From Podarcis filfolensis (taxonomy: Eukaryota): DNA of 64,000 bases. Both the position numbers and the translations under genes were made by a program. The stretch lies in NCBI GenBank assembly GCA_964270895.1, contig OZ185435.1; one strand, given 5' to 3'. The notes beneath the pieces were generated by a model. That model worked only from the letters and a program-made list of their open reading frames with translations, had not been told where the DNA came from and made no database searches. Positions 48,525 through 60,300 of the stretch are shown here, one piece after another; the first letter of the stretch is position 1; the number at the start of each line of letters is the position of its first letter.

Positions 48525-48695
48525 TTGCTTTTTATTGATTTTCCAACACGACAAAAATTACACATTGCAATTAAAACACGCACACAAAAACAGATTTCCA
48601 AATAAACCAAGTCTGGCAAGGCAAATCCCCCTCTTTCCTTACTATCTATCAGTAATTTATGTTTTATCCTGTTTTTGCTTTTGCCTTGCCAGATA
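48525..48695 (-). mobile_element. Short L1-clade remnant with A-tail
   Basis: Translates to IWQGKSKNRIKHKLLIDSKERGGFALPDL, resembling the post-RT L1 ORF2 motif; followed by AATAAA and poly(A). Confidence 0.5.
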
Positions 48696-49185
48696 AGCAG
48701 GGGCCAGCATGGTTTCGAATTGGATGGGTGACCAAGGGCTGAAATCCCAGACGTGCATGGGGCTGGACTAGATGGCCCTTGGGTCCCTTCCATCTCCACC
48801 AATTCTTTGATTCTATGTACCTAGCAGGCACCGAAAAGAGGACAGTGGATGCACCTGCTTGACATTAATAGGAAGGAGTTGCAGAGTGTGCTACCTGCCA
48901 GACTGAATTATCTAGTTTTTACAAATCATCACAGAATTTTGTTTCCCACTTGGGTACTGAAAGGTGCAGCTAACCAGTGAAATAAAAAATCTAAGGTCTT
49001 ATATATTTAATAAATGTTCATAAATGTACCAAGCAAACACATACAGAAATATATAAACAACATGTCTGAAACAGCACAGGAAAACAGCCCTGGAACCATT
49101 TTGACTCCCAAACTGACCAAATGATTTTTCTGCAAGGTCAAGGAAAATGGAAAAGCCTCCCCATTGTCTTTTCATTCACAAATCC

Positions 49186-49660
49186 TGTCTTAAGGGTGTA
49201 TCTGTGTATGAATAGGGTGAGCCTGTGACCTGGCTCAGGAACTAAGTATTTATCATTACAAAAGACTGGCCAGGCTCCCCAGGGGACCCAATCCAGTAAG
49301 CATTAACAGGTAACCTGCCAGACCAGACAGGAGGTAAACAAGGCACTCGGATTTCTGTTGTAGACCGCCCTTTCCGTGATGTATGTATGATGTTTCTGGG
49401 GGTGGCAATTTAAAATGTCTATATAAGGGTGGACACACCTTTGTTCTGGGTCCTCCTTTCCTGCATGTGAGGGGAGCACCCTGTTGCAACAGTTCAATAA
49501 AGATCAGGCTTACTAGTTGCTTTGCTTCTCAATATTCTCTGGTTGGCCTCTGTTATTTTCTCCAACCGATGGAGATTTATGTTTATGACGCCAGCAACCT
49601 GGAAAGCTAGTTATTTAAAAGGTATGACCCTCTCTCTTGGTCAGGGGAGATCTTTCATAT
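49186..49660 (+). mobile_element. Possible solo LTR in the FANCM-FKBP3 spacer
   Basis: CTATATAAGG at about 49419 followed about 75 nt later by AATAAA; boundaries uncertain. Confidence 0.38.
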
Positions 49661-49819
49661 CTATCCAACATAACTAAAGGACAATTAGTCCTGCAGTCAA
49701 GAAAGCAGACGTGGGAATTCCTGCTCAGTCCACAACTGCCACAGGGCAGTTCAAGGGCAGACAGACAGGCTGTCATACTCTCTCCTTTGGTATGCATGGT
49801 TATTCTGATAGGGAGAGCA

Positions 49820-49857
49820 TGAACAAACTTAGTTGGTCTCAAAGGTGCTACTGGACA

Positions 49858-49862
<5 letters not shown>
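49820..49862 (+). repeat. Penelope terminal remnant (divergent subfamily)
   Basis: GAACAAACTTAGTTGGTCTCAAAGGTGCTACTGG resembles the hairpin-copy termini. Confidence 0.55.
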
Positions 49863-49894
<32 letters not shown>

Positions 49895-50849
49895 CTTTGT
49901 ATAAGAGCAGCTTTGTCTCATCATCAGAGTCTCCAGGAGGAATGTAAGAGGAGGGAAAGGAAGTGGGAAGTTCCAGTGCCAGGGAAAGGACCGGATTATC
50001 AAGCCTAAAGGGGGAGCCAAGTAAAATATCTTGAATAATAAAAAGGAAAGCCTGGTGCTGCTGTCATTGTTTTGGTTTGGCAAGAAACTTTGCAAGATCA
50101 GAGGTCCCACAACATAACCCAAGAGGATTCTTTTTCTCTCCCTTCAGCTTCTCCAGCAAAAGAGAAAACTAGCAGCCTTCTGGCATTTGCGAGAGATGAA
50201 ATGCGTATCTGAAATAACTGTACAGCGAAGGGTCAGCACTAGAATGCTTTTTACTGCTCTGGTGGGAGTGCTGTTACTGTTACCCATTTCAATAAATTTC
50301 AGAGGAGTTTCTGTTATCACCTGGCAAAGCAAAACTAAATGAAACAGGGATACAAAGTCCCCTTGAAGTATCTATTTACCTACCCACATCCTGCTATTTT
50401 TATAATTTAAATTTATATACCGTCATTTATCCGAGGATCACAGGACGGTTTACACTATAATATATTTTTATATATTTGCATACCACTGTGTCATAAAAAA
50501 TACAGCAGAGTGGCTTACACCAATGAAAGCAAAACCATAAAATAAAAACAGTAGAAAATTTAAAAAAACAATTATCAGTTACTGATTGTGGAAGGGTGCA
50601 TTATTAATTGTCCACATGGGTCAATTATATATATACATATATATATTCCATACCATTTAACCTATTAAAAATATCACTTAAACGGTTTACAAAAAACTGA
50701 AGGAACAACGGACAACTTAAACGAAATATCACAACAATGCACAGCCAGCCAAAAAAAGTTACATGGATCCAAAGCTTCCGATAGATCTCCATTCATTTTC
50801 CTTTTGACGCATCCCGTCTTCCTCCCTCGCAGCCCCCTCCATGCATTTT

Positions 50850-51277
50850 ATATCTATGGACCTCTGCAGAGAGAGCGGAGCTGCGCTAATAGCAGCAGAG
50901 GCGCAGCGAGCCCTACCCAGCATGCACCGGGGGGCCCCTTAAGAAGCTCCGCCATTGGCCGGTCGGTCTCCGCTCACCCCGCGCGGACTACATTTCCCAG
51001 CATGCCGAGCGGGCGAAGCGGCGGCGTAAGGCACCCGCGGGCGCGCTGGGAAATGTAGTCCCGGCTTCGTGAGGGAGCGCCGGCTCGTGTGAGGAGGCGA
51101 GGCCATGGCGGCCCCCGCGCGGCCCTGGAGCCCCGAGGAGCTCCGCGGAGACGCCCTGCCCAAGAAGGAGATCGTCCGCTTCCTGCAGGAGCAGGCGGCG
51201 CACAAGGTGGGCGCCCGCTCGGCCTCCCTTCACACGTTCGCGGGGACACGCGTGTCGGGCGGAGGGGCCGCCGCAGC

Positions 51278-51310
<33 letters not shown>

Positions 51311-51540
51311 GGCCAGGGCGGGAGACACGCGAGGAGCGGGCGGGGCCGCCTCCCGCCCGACACGCGTGCGGAGAGAACGTCTGAACGCGCGTGTCCCGCC
51401 AGCGCCTCCCGCCTCCCTTTTTCCTTCGACCTCGTGGCGCGCGGCATGGGCTTATCCACGGAGCAGAATGGCGAGGGTGTTCGGGGTCCCCCGAAGGTCA
51501 TCCAGCCGGCCGCCCCCTTGGCCAGCCCAGCTCCTGCCCT
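50850..51540 (+). promoter_or_regulatory. FKBP3 CpG-island promoter
   Basis: CpG-rich; CCAAT box; two inverted ZNF143/SBS-type motifs GGACTACATTTCCCAGC (50985-51001 and 51045-51061). Confidence 0.8.
51105..51206 (+). CDS. FKBP3: FKBP3 exon 1
   Basis: [34 protein letters not shown]; GCCATGG; GT donor. Confidence 0.93.
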
Positions 51541-54292
51541 CCACCGCCCAAGGGCTCTTTCTCATTGTGGGGCATTCAAATCATTTTTAAACATATATAA
51601 TCACATCATTATTATTACAAAAAAAAAATTTTTTCCCTTCCAGTAGCACCTTAAAGACCAACTAAGTTAGTTCTTGGTATGAGCTTTCGTGTGCATGCAC
51701 ACTTCTTCAGATACACTGAAACAGAAGTTGCCAGATCCTTCTATATAGTGAGAAGGTGGGGAGGGGTATTACTCAGAAGGGTGGTGGGAATGGGTGGTTG
51801 GCAGATAGCTGTGATGAGCCTGTTGACGACTCTTAACGACTGCAATAGGTCTTACAGGAAAAAGCAAGGGGTGAGAAGGTGAAAAATGGCTTTGTCATGT
51901 ATAATGAGATAAGAATCCAATGTCTTTGTTCAGACCAGTCGTTAAGAGTCGTCAACAGGCTCATCACAGCTATCTGCCAACCACCCATTCCCACCACCCT
52001 TCTGAGTAATACCCCTCCCCACCTTCTCACTATATAGAAGGATCTGGCAACTTCTGTTTCAGTGTATCTGAAGAAGTGTGCATGCACACGAAAGCTCATA
52101 CCAAGAACTAACTTAGTTGGTCTTTAAGGTGCTACTGGAAGGAAAAAAAATTTTTTGTTTTGACTATGGCAGACCAACACGGCTACCTATCTGTAACATC
52201 ATTATTATTATCCACTTGACTTCCTTGGCTCCTCAGAGCCTTTCGACTTCCTTCCCTCCCACCTCCTGGCTTTCAAAGCTAACCTTTATATCACAGCGTT
52301 TTATATGTTTTCCAATTCTAATATAACTCATTACTAAAAATTCAAATAAATATAGAAAGGTTTAAAAAATTCTCATTAGAAGTCTTCAGTCAACCCTACT
52401 AGCGTTGTTAATTGCTTACAATGATCTTTCAAATATTGTATAAATTTACTCCAGTCTTTTTGGAGTGCTTGATCATGTTCAGATTTTCCCCCGTCAGCTT
52501 TGCCAGCATTTTCACCTGCCCCTCTTCTTTTGTCTTTGTGGGGCATTCAAAGCTCCCCTCCGTTTATAATTGTAAAATAAAGATCACCCCCAAAAAGAAA
52601 TGAAGGGACCAAGTCCGCCTCCCCCCAAAGAGTTTTGGCAACCAGTTATGAGCCCCCACTTTGCAGACAGAAGGGCTGAGCGGCTGGGAAGGTTCCTGCC
52701 CGAAACCCTTCCGGGCTGTTGCTGCCGGTCAGAGTAGACATCAGTGAGCTGGTTGTGGGTCTGACTCTGGGCAAAGCAGCTTCCTATGTTCATGGATCTG
52801 CGCTGGCAAATGGAGTCGCCTTTGCTTTCATCTGTAAGCCCCCTGAATCGGCGACAGGGGAAAAGGCAGGGCGTAAATAAATGTCGAAGGAGAAGCAACT
52901 TTGGGGTTTTGTTTGATTGCAGGGCCGCCTTTTGTACCTATGTTGTTGTTGTTTAGTCGTTTAGTCGTGTCCGCCTCTTCGTGACCCCCTGGACCAGAGC
53001 ACGCCAGGCCCTCCTGTCTTCCACTGCCTCCCGCAGTTTGGTCAAACTCATGCTGGTCGCTTCGAGAACACTGTCCCACCATCTGGTCCTCTGTCGTCCC
53101 CTTCTCCTTGTGCCCTCCATCTTTCCCAACATCAGGGTCTTTTCCAGGGAGTCTTCTCTTCTCATGAGGTGGCCAAAGTCTTGGAGCCTCAGCTTCAGGA
53201 TCTGTCCTTCCAGTGAGCACTCAGGGCTGATTTCCTTCAGAATGGAGAGGTTTGATCTTCTTGTAGTCCATGGAACTCTCAAGAGTCTCCTCCAGCACCA
53301 GAATTCAAAAGCATCAATTCTTCGGCAATCAGCCTTCTTTATGGTCCAGCTCTCACTTCCATACATCACTACTCAGAAAATCATGGCTTTTACTATATGG
53401 ACCTTTGTTGGCAAGGTGATGTCTCTACTTTGTACCTATAACCTTGCAAGAAATACTCTGGATCCAAAGCAGCCTCCGGTTGAGGACTGCGACTGAGGCC
53501 ACCCTTGCAGGGGATCCCTCTGGGTTGGGGGTTGGGTGACAGCTGCTGATTCCTTCAGCTGGGTGGGGAGGGGGATCACAAGGGCAGCACTGGCTCTCTT
53601 TCCTTTTTTATTATTATATTTTTTATTAATTTTCCATTTAATAACATATATTCACATCATTATTATCCACTATACCTCTTTGACTCTTTAGAGCCTGTCG
53701 ACTTTCCTCCCCCCCCCCTCATGGATTTCTTTATTAACCTCCATATTATAGCATTTTGTACATTTTCCAGTTATAATTGCACACATTGCAAAATATCTCA
53801 AAATTTATATAAATATAAAATTTCTCATTACAAGTCTTCAGACAACCCTACTAGTGTTGTTAATTGCTTACAATACAGTGGATGCTCGGGTTGTGAATGT
53901 GATCCATGCAGGATGCACGTTCGCAACCTGCGTCTGCGCACACACAGGTTGTGATTGTGCACATGCGCAAAGTGCGATTTAGCGCTTCTGCGCATGCGCG
54001 ACCGCCGAAACCCGGAAGTAACCTGTTCCGGTACTTCCGGGTTTTGGCGGTCCACAACCCGAAAAGACGCAACCTGAAGCGGCTGTAACCCGAGGTATGA
54101 CTGTATTCTTAAATATTGTACAAATTTACTCCAGTCCATTTGGAATACTTGATCATGCTGGTTTCGGATTTTCCCCGTCAGCTTCGCCAGTTCTGCAAAG
54201 TCCATCATTTTCATCTGCCACTCTTCTTTCCTTGGTCCTTGTTTCCATTTTTTGGCTAGAAGAATTCTTGCCACTGTTGTTGCATACATGAA

Positions 54293-54336
<44 letters not shown>

Positions 54337-57300
54337 GTCCCCAGTACTGACTCTCTGTCCTGTGCCGCCACTGGGTTGTGTTCAGGGTTTATAGTTCACC
54401 CTCAGTGTGTGGCCACCAGGTATTACCTGTGAATGCCCACGTGAGATTTTTGAGCTTGGTTGGAAGAAGAGGCTTCAGTTGATTTCATTCATTGGATGTG
54501 GTCTGGTTCAAGCAGAGTATTCCACTCTGTAAAATGCACTTCCCATAATCCCAGTTGCATGGCAGGAGAGTGACGTGACTCCTTTCTTTCCCGGTATTGA
54601 ACTAACACTCTTGGTTTTGCTTTTAGTTCCTGTCAGAGCACAAACTACTAGGACAGATAAAAAATGTGGCCAAGACGGCCAGTAAGGAGCAGCTGATCGC
54701 GGCATATAACGAGCTCTTTGAGACCAAGGTAGGTACCCTGCCATGTCTGAGCAGATCTTATTACTAGAATCTTGGTGACTAAGGTTCATAATAATCAAAT
54801 TTATTACCTGCCCTTCACTAGCAGGTTCTAGGACAGCTTACAACAATTAACAAAATCAAAATTAAGAAACAGTTGCCTTGGGGACAGAACAAATGCTTTG
54901 CTTTTCTCCTGCATCTTGCAGGGCTAGGAGAGACCTCTGCCTTCAGTCCTGGAGAACTGCTGCCATTCAGAGAGGGCGGCATGAGGCTTGATCCCACCTA
55001 AGATGTTCATATATTACTGAAATGCTCTGTGTATCAGTTTTTTAACTGAAATGTAAGAGGTTTAACATCAGCTGGGGAAAGGTAGAAATGGGCTATTTAA
55101 AATAAGCTATGACACAAATCCATTTTCAGTAGCCATTGATAGTAGTGGGGAGAGGGAGATATGTCCTTTGCCATACAAGCTCCTACTTAAGTTCTCTAAA
55201 AACCTGGTAATTATTTGCTGTGGATCAATATAGTTAACCAAATGACTATGAAGGCCCAGGATAGGTGGAGCTCTCCAGGAAGCTCAGCCATCTGCTTGCT
55301 GGCTTGGTAGTCAGTGTTGTAGGATCTGTGGTTTGTGGCATTTTCCATAAGTCTTTTCCCTGTAAGTTAAAGCTCGGTGTGGCCTGTGTGACTCGGCTTC
55401 CTTCCTTTATAAGGTATACGAAATGATATGGATTGTATTTCCTTTACAATGAGTATGTAAGAAGAGTCTGCTGGATCAGGCCAACGGCATCCTGACCCAG
55501 CATCCTGTTCTCACAGTGGCCAACCAGATGCCTCTGGGACAGGAATTTCTTCACCGATGTAACACATATTCTTTCTAGAGATTTAAGGGTACTGAGAGTC
55601 CAGAGCATGTAGCAGAGCAAGTGAAAAATGTCAAGATTGATGAGGAGAAGCCCAAGGAGACAAAGCCTGAGGAAGCCGTGGATGAGGTAGGTGAGGAGAA
55701 CAATCAGGTATGATTTGCAGACTCTGGCTGGTGGGAAGAGGCAGCCCTTGCAGGAATGTAAGGGAGCAGGCAAAATGGGCAGGAGGGGGGGCGCACCTCT
55801 TCTGGACATAGAAGAGCCACTTCAGAATTTCAGGATCTTACTCACCGAGAAAATGCAGTGCTGTAATCGTGGGAACTGCTCTCCAGAAAGTGCAGCTGTG
55901 TGCCTAGAAGTCCCAGTTCATGCCCTCACGAAGGGTTTGAATATCTGGATTGGAACCAGCTGTCGGTTCCATTTGCAATTTCCTCCAGGGAACTCTGTTC
56001 CCTTGGAGATTTCTCAAATCTGTTGCAGCATTTTCTGGACAGGTGACCTTAAATCAGGCAGACTTCAGCACATATTCTAAGAGCTCAGAATTTAAGATCC
56101 TCCCTGAACATAGCCACAGAGTCTTAAGTGACTTACTTCGCAGTCTGACGCACATCCTCACAGAAATAAGTCCCATTGTATCTCACAGGGCTTACTCCCA
56201 GGGAACTGTGTGTAGTATTGCAGCCGTCACCCTGTTGTCCAGCGTAGGTCATGGCTGCACATCATTTTGTGATCTCATCTGCTAGCTGTGTGGAGCATTG
56301 TCCTCAGTCATATTGAAGCTTTAATGTTAAATAGCAGAGCTAATGGTTGGCTGTCTTTCCTTTCTGCCCTCAGAAGCCATTTCTTCATTGTCTTTTGTGT
56401 GATGCTTTGGTCAACTTCTGTACCTTTTGGAACAGTGAGAGCGGGAGCATGACCCTTGTTTCTTCCCTTGTTTCTTCCCTCTTCCCATTTCAGGGCCCCC
56501 CAAAATATACAAAGTCAGTACTGAAGAAGGGGGATAAAATCAACTTTCCCAAAAAGGGCGATGTCGTTCACTGTTGGTATACAGGGAAGCTGCAAGATGG
56601 AACAGTCTTCGATAGTAATATTCAGACAAGTAAGTGTTCAGAAAAGGTGGCATTTCTCTTCTTCACAGAGATGGAGAAGCTGTGGGCTTTAAAGACCAGA
56701 GTAGCTGTGACTGAAGGCACAGCTTTATTTTCTCTCATTTATACCCCACCTGTCTTCTGCCACGGAACCCAAGGTAGCTTCTACTTGTGGTTCCCAGTCA
56801 CTCACTAGACCCAGACCTGCCTAGCTTTAGCCAGGTGGTGGCCTTGTGCACCTACAGAGCATCTCCTGGGAACACGATGCAGCAGGTGTGTTGCCTGTGA
56901 AGTGAACGGGTCTTGCACAAGGCCACGCCTCTGCTTCTGGGCTGCAGTTTGCATTTTTTTTCTTTCCTTCTGGGGATTCCAGTTTGCATTCCCCATGGAT
57001 TCTTGAGGGCATGGTCTGTTTAGCACTGGGGAATCAAATTTTGCCTTCTGACAAATGGGTTGGATCTGAATGGACTTGAGTCTCATTGTCTGAATGAAAA
57101 AGAGATTTCTGTGATTTCTTCCTACTCCCGCACCCCCAATCTACAGCCCACATGCTGTCATGTTCCATGTGCTTCTAGAGGGTCCCTGACCTTCAGCATC
57201 AGCTCTCCCAGGAGCTGCAGTGGAGAGAAGGAAGCAGAGTCCCATTCCATGAGCAGTGTTCCACTTACAGTATTGTAGCCGATGCGATGTATTCAGTGTG

Positions 57301-60300
57301 TCTGGGTTGACACATGTACGTACAAATATGTACACACACACACACACACTCATGGGCACAGTCAGAACTTCTTCCTGAAGTCCTGGAGAACCACTGCCGC
57401 CTCTCACTATAGAAGACAGTTCAGACCTAGATGGTCCAGTGGTCCGACTCTGTATAAGGCAGGAGTTTCTTGTGGTCCCCTGTTGCCACCTCTGCATGTC
57501 TGCTTGGCCTCTGGCCTAGAAGTGTACTGTACCCAAAGACCTGGGTGTTTGGGCAGATCAGGGGTGCCCTCTTGCCCTCAGGGTTGTGGATGCCCGATTT
57601 GTGACATCACACACCCAATGTCTGCGGCTCCTCTTCCTCCTCCTCGCCACAGCGAGTGAGGCAACCTTTTCCATGTCTGAGTCCCCCACTCCCTGCCCGG
57701 AAAAGGGTGCCTCGCTAGCTGGCTGCGGAGGGCAGAGCTGAACAGCTTCTCCCTCAGAGGTAGTGCTGGCTTTTCTCAATGACTTTGTGGGTGCCCCACC
57801 CCCACAGTTGTATTATTGTGGGGTGCCCAAGCACCCACGGCCCCCTGGAGTTGGCTCCTATGGTGCAGATGTCTCTTTCTCAAGCCCAATTTAGGGAGCC
57901 TTTGTTCAGTGCAAAATGCCCTGAAATATAGTAGACGGAAGCTGTTTCACATGTCGCTTGCCTTCCAGTGCATCTTGCGCCAGGTTCCCCTCGTGAGGCT
58001 GCACCACCAGGCTTCCAAAGGAGAGTGGGATGGAAATCGCAGTGTTTCTCAGTCTTCCATGCTCCTTTTATACACTAAATATTTAGCAAACTAGCTTTGA
58101 CTGAGAAACTCCTTTCTTGGCAGTTACACAGAGGGGTGGGAGTTTTGTTGGCGTTCAGCAACTATCAAAACAGCTTCACTCCTTGGTTGGAATGGCTGCC
58201 TGCATGTGACCAGGCTAGTCTTGCCCCCTAGTTACCTAGTGAATTTGCGTGACCTGGAATGTGGGTGACTCCTCAGGAATCCTTTCCCAAAGCAGTGCCC
58301 TCCAGATGTTTTGGACTCCCAAAACATCACTCTTGCTCAGTGGGACCACCTTCTGGTATTATTGCTGCATGTTTTAAATATTAGTTTTGTATCTAAGTTG
58401 CCTTGAGACCTTTGGGCAGAAGGCAAACTTTCTCATCGCCCTTGACCACCAGCGATACTTTCCGGGTGGGGAGTTGTTGTCCAGAACATCTGGAGCGCGC
58501 CAAGTGGGGGGAGGCTGGTGTAGAGCAAGAAGCCAGCTGGGAGAGGGATAAGAGTTCCAGAATGTTGGTGTCGTTTCAGGTTCAAAGAAAAAGAAAGCTG
58601 CAAAACCACTGAGCTTCAAAGTCGGCGTTGGAAAAGTGATACGAGGCGTGAGTATGCTGGCGGAAGGGTGGGTGGGTGCATCTAGGATGTGTTTGGGCCT
58701 CCCACCTCCTGTGCCCATCCGTCAGGGAGGAGCTCCTGTTGCCAGGCAGCTGTCAGGCTATTTGCTTGAATCCTCCAAGAAGAGAAGCTGATGCATGTTG
58801 TCTGTCAGCCTTCCTCCATAGCACATCTGACAAAATTCATTTTCCTTTCCTGTGCTCGGTGGTCTTTGCATCAGAGCCCATTGAAACAGATTATGCTGCC
58901 CACCAAGATGGAGGGAGGAGGTGGGGGTGTTAAATGTTTTACCTGAGCGCAGGTTAGGATGATTGGCATTAAGATACCTAAGTGTATACAGTGGTACCTC
59001 GGGTTAAGAACCTAATTCGTTCTGGAGGTCCGTTCTTAACCTGAAACTGTTCTTAACCTGAAGCATCACTTTAGCTAATGGGGCCTCCCGCTGCCGGAGC
59101 ACGATTTCTATTCTCATCCTGAAGCAAAGTTCTTAACAGCGGAGTCTGTAACCTGAAGTGTCTATAACCCGAGGTACCACTGTATGCCGTTTTAAGGATT
59201 GCCAGGATTTATTTATTTCACTATTTGGCTGTTTCTGTGTGTCCTTTGTTACCTTTCCACACTCCCTGGGCTACTTGTCACATCTGACAAGTGCAGTGGC
59301 CAACAAGTTGCAGCGAGACCCGCAACTTTGGATGTCCCTGACCTCTCCCTTCCCTGACTCCTATGGCGTGTGCAGAGGGAGGGAGATGTGCCCTTGGGTG
59401 ATCTTCTGCAGAAGGTGCAAACTTTTGCTACAGCCTCCTGAAAAGGTTCCAGGGAATAGGAAACTGATTCCTTTATCTAATAGGGAGGAGGAGAAATGGC
59501 TTCCGTCATATCAGTTGTGCTTTTGGCAGAATATAGAAGCAGTATTAATGAGCCCCTAAGGAAGAGAGAGGCAGAGAAAGGGGTTGTTTATTTCCTTCCA
59601 ATTGGCATTTTGCAGGAGGCTCAAACAGTAGGGACAATGACAGTGGTGGCTTCTTCTGCAGAAACTTGTGGGATGGACATCACTTCTCCTTCGTATACAG
59701 CTGTGGCACTTTGGTCTAAACCACTGAGCCTCTTGGGCTTGCTGATCGGAAGGTCAGCGGTTCGAACCCCTGCAATGGAGTGAGCTCCCGTTGCTCTGTC
59801 CCAGCTCCTGCCAACCTAGCAGTTCGAAAGCACCCCAGTGCAAGTAGATAAATAGGTACCCCTGTGGCGGGAAGGTAAATGGCATTTCTGTGCGCTCTAG
59901 CACTCATCACGGTCCTCCGTGCGCCAGAAGCGGTTTAGTCCTGCTGACCACATGACCCGGAAAACCGTCTGTGCACAAACGCCGGCTCCCTCGGCCTGAA
60001 AGCAAGATGAGCACCACAACCCCATAGTCGCCTTTGACTGGACTTAACAGTTCAGGGGTCCTTTACCTTTTTTTACATATCCTGCATCAGTCTGTCTCTA
60101 CCTTTCTGATAATCTTAAAAGCACTAGAATGCATTCATTAAACATGATTTTGCAGTAATTCATCTGAACCAGATTTTCAATAAGACAGACATCTTGTAAA
60201 ACATTTAACCTAAAAATGCTGGCTCTCTAGTCCTCCTCAAAACACAAAGGTCTTAGCCTGCTGAGTTCATTAACTTTACCCAGCAGAGGGAACTTGCGCC

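Larger units (their letters stand above)
51618..52195. mobile_element. Penelope-like element, fold-back copy with about 215-bp inverted arms
   Basis: Arms at about 51628-51842 and 51936-52150; 15-bp TSD ACATCATTATTATTA (51603-51617 / 52196-52210). Confidence 0.85.
51581..52536 (-). mobile_element. L1-clade 3' fragment interrupted by a Penelope hairpin
   Basis: Homologous to 53604-54292; TSD TGTGGGGCATTCAAA at 51566-51580 / 52537-52551. Confidence 0.75.

Noticed and set aside
54293-54342. Functional U6 snRNA gene
   Set aside because: Only nt 14-63 are present, with no 5' stem, 3' end, T-run terminator or upstream PSE/TATA.
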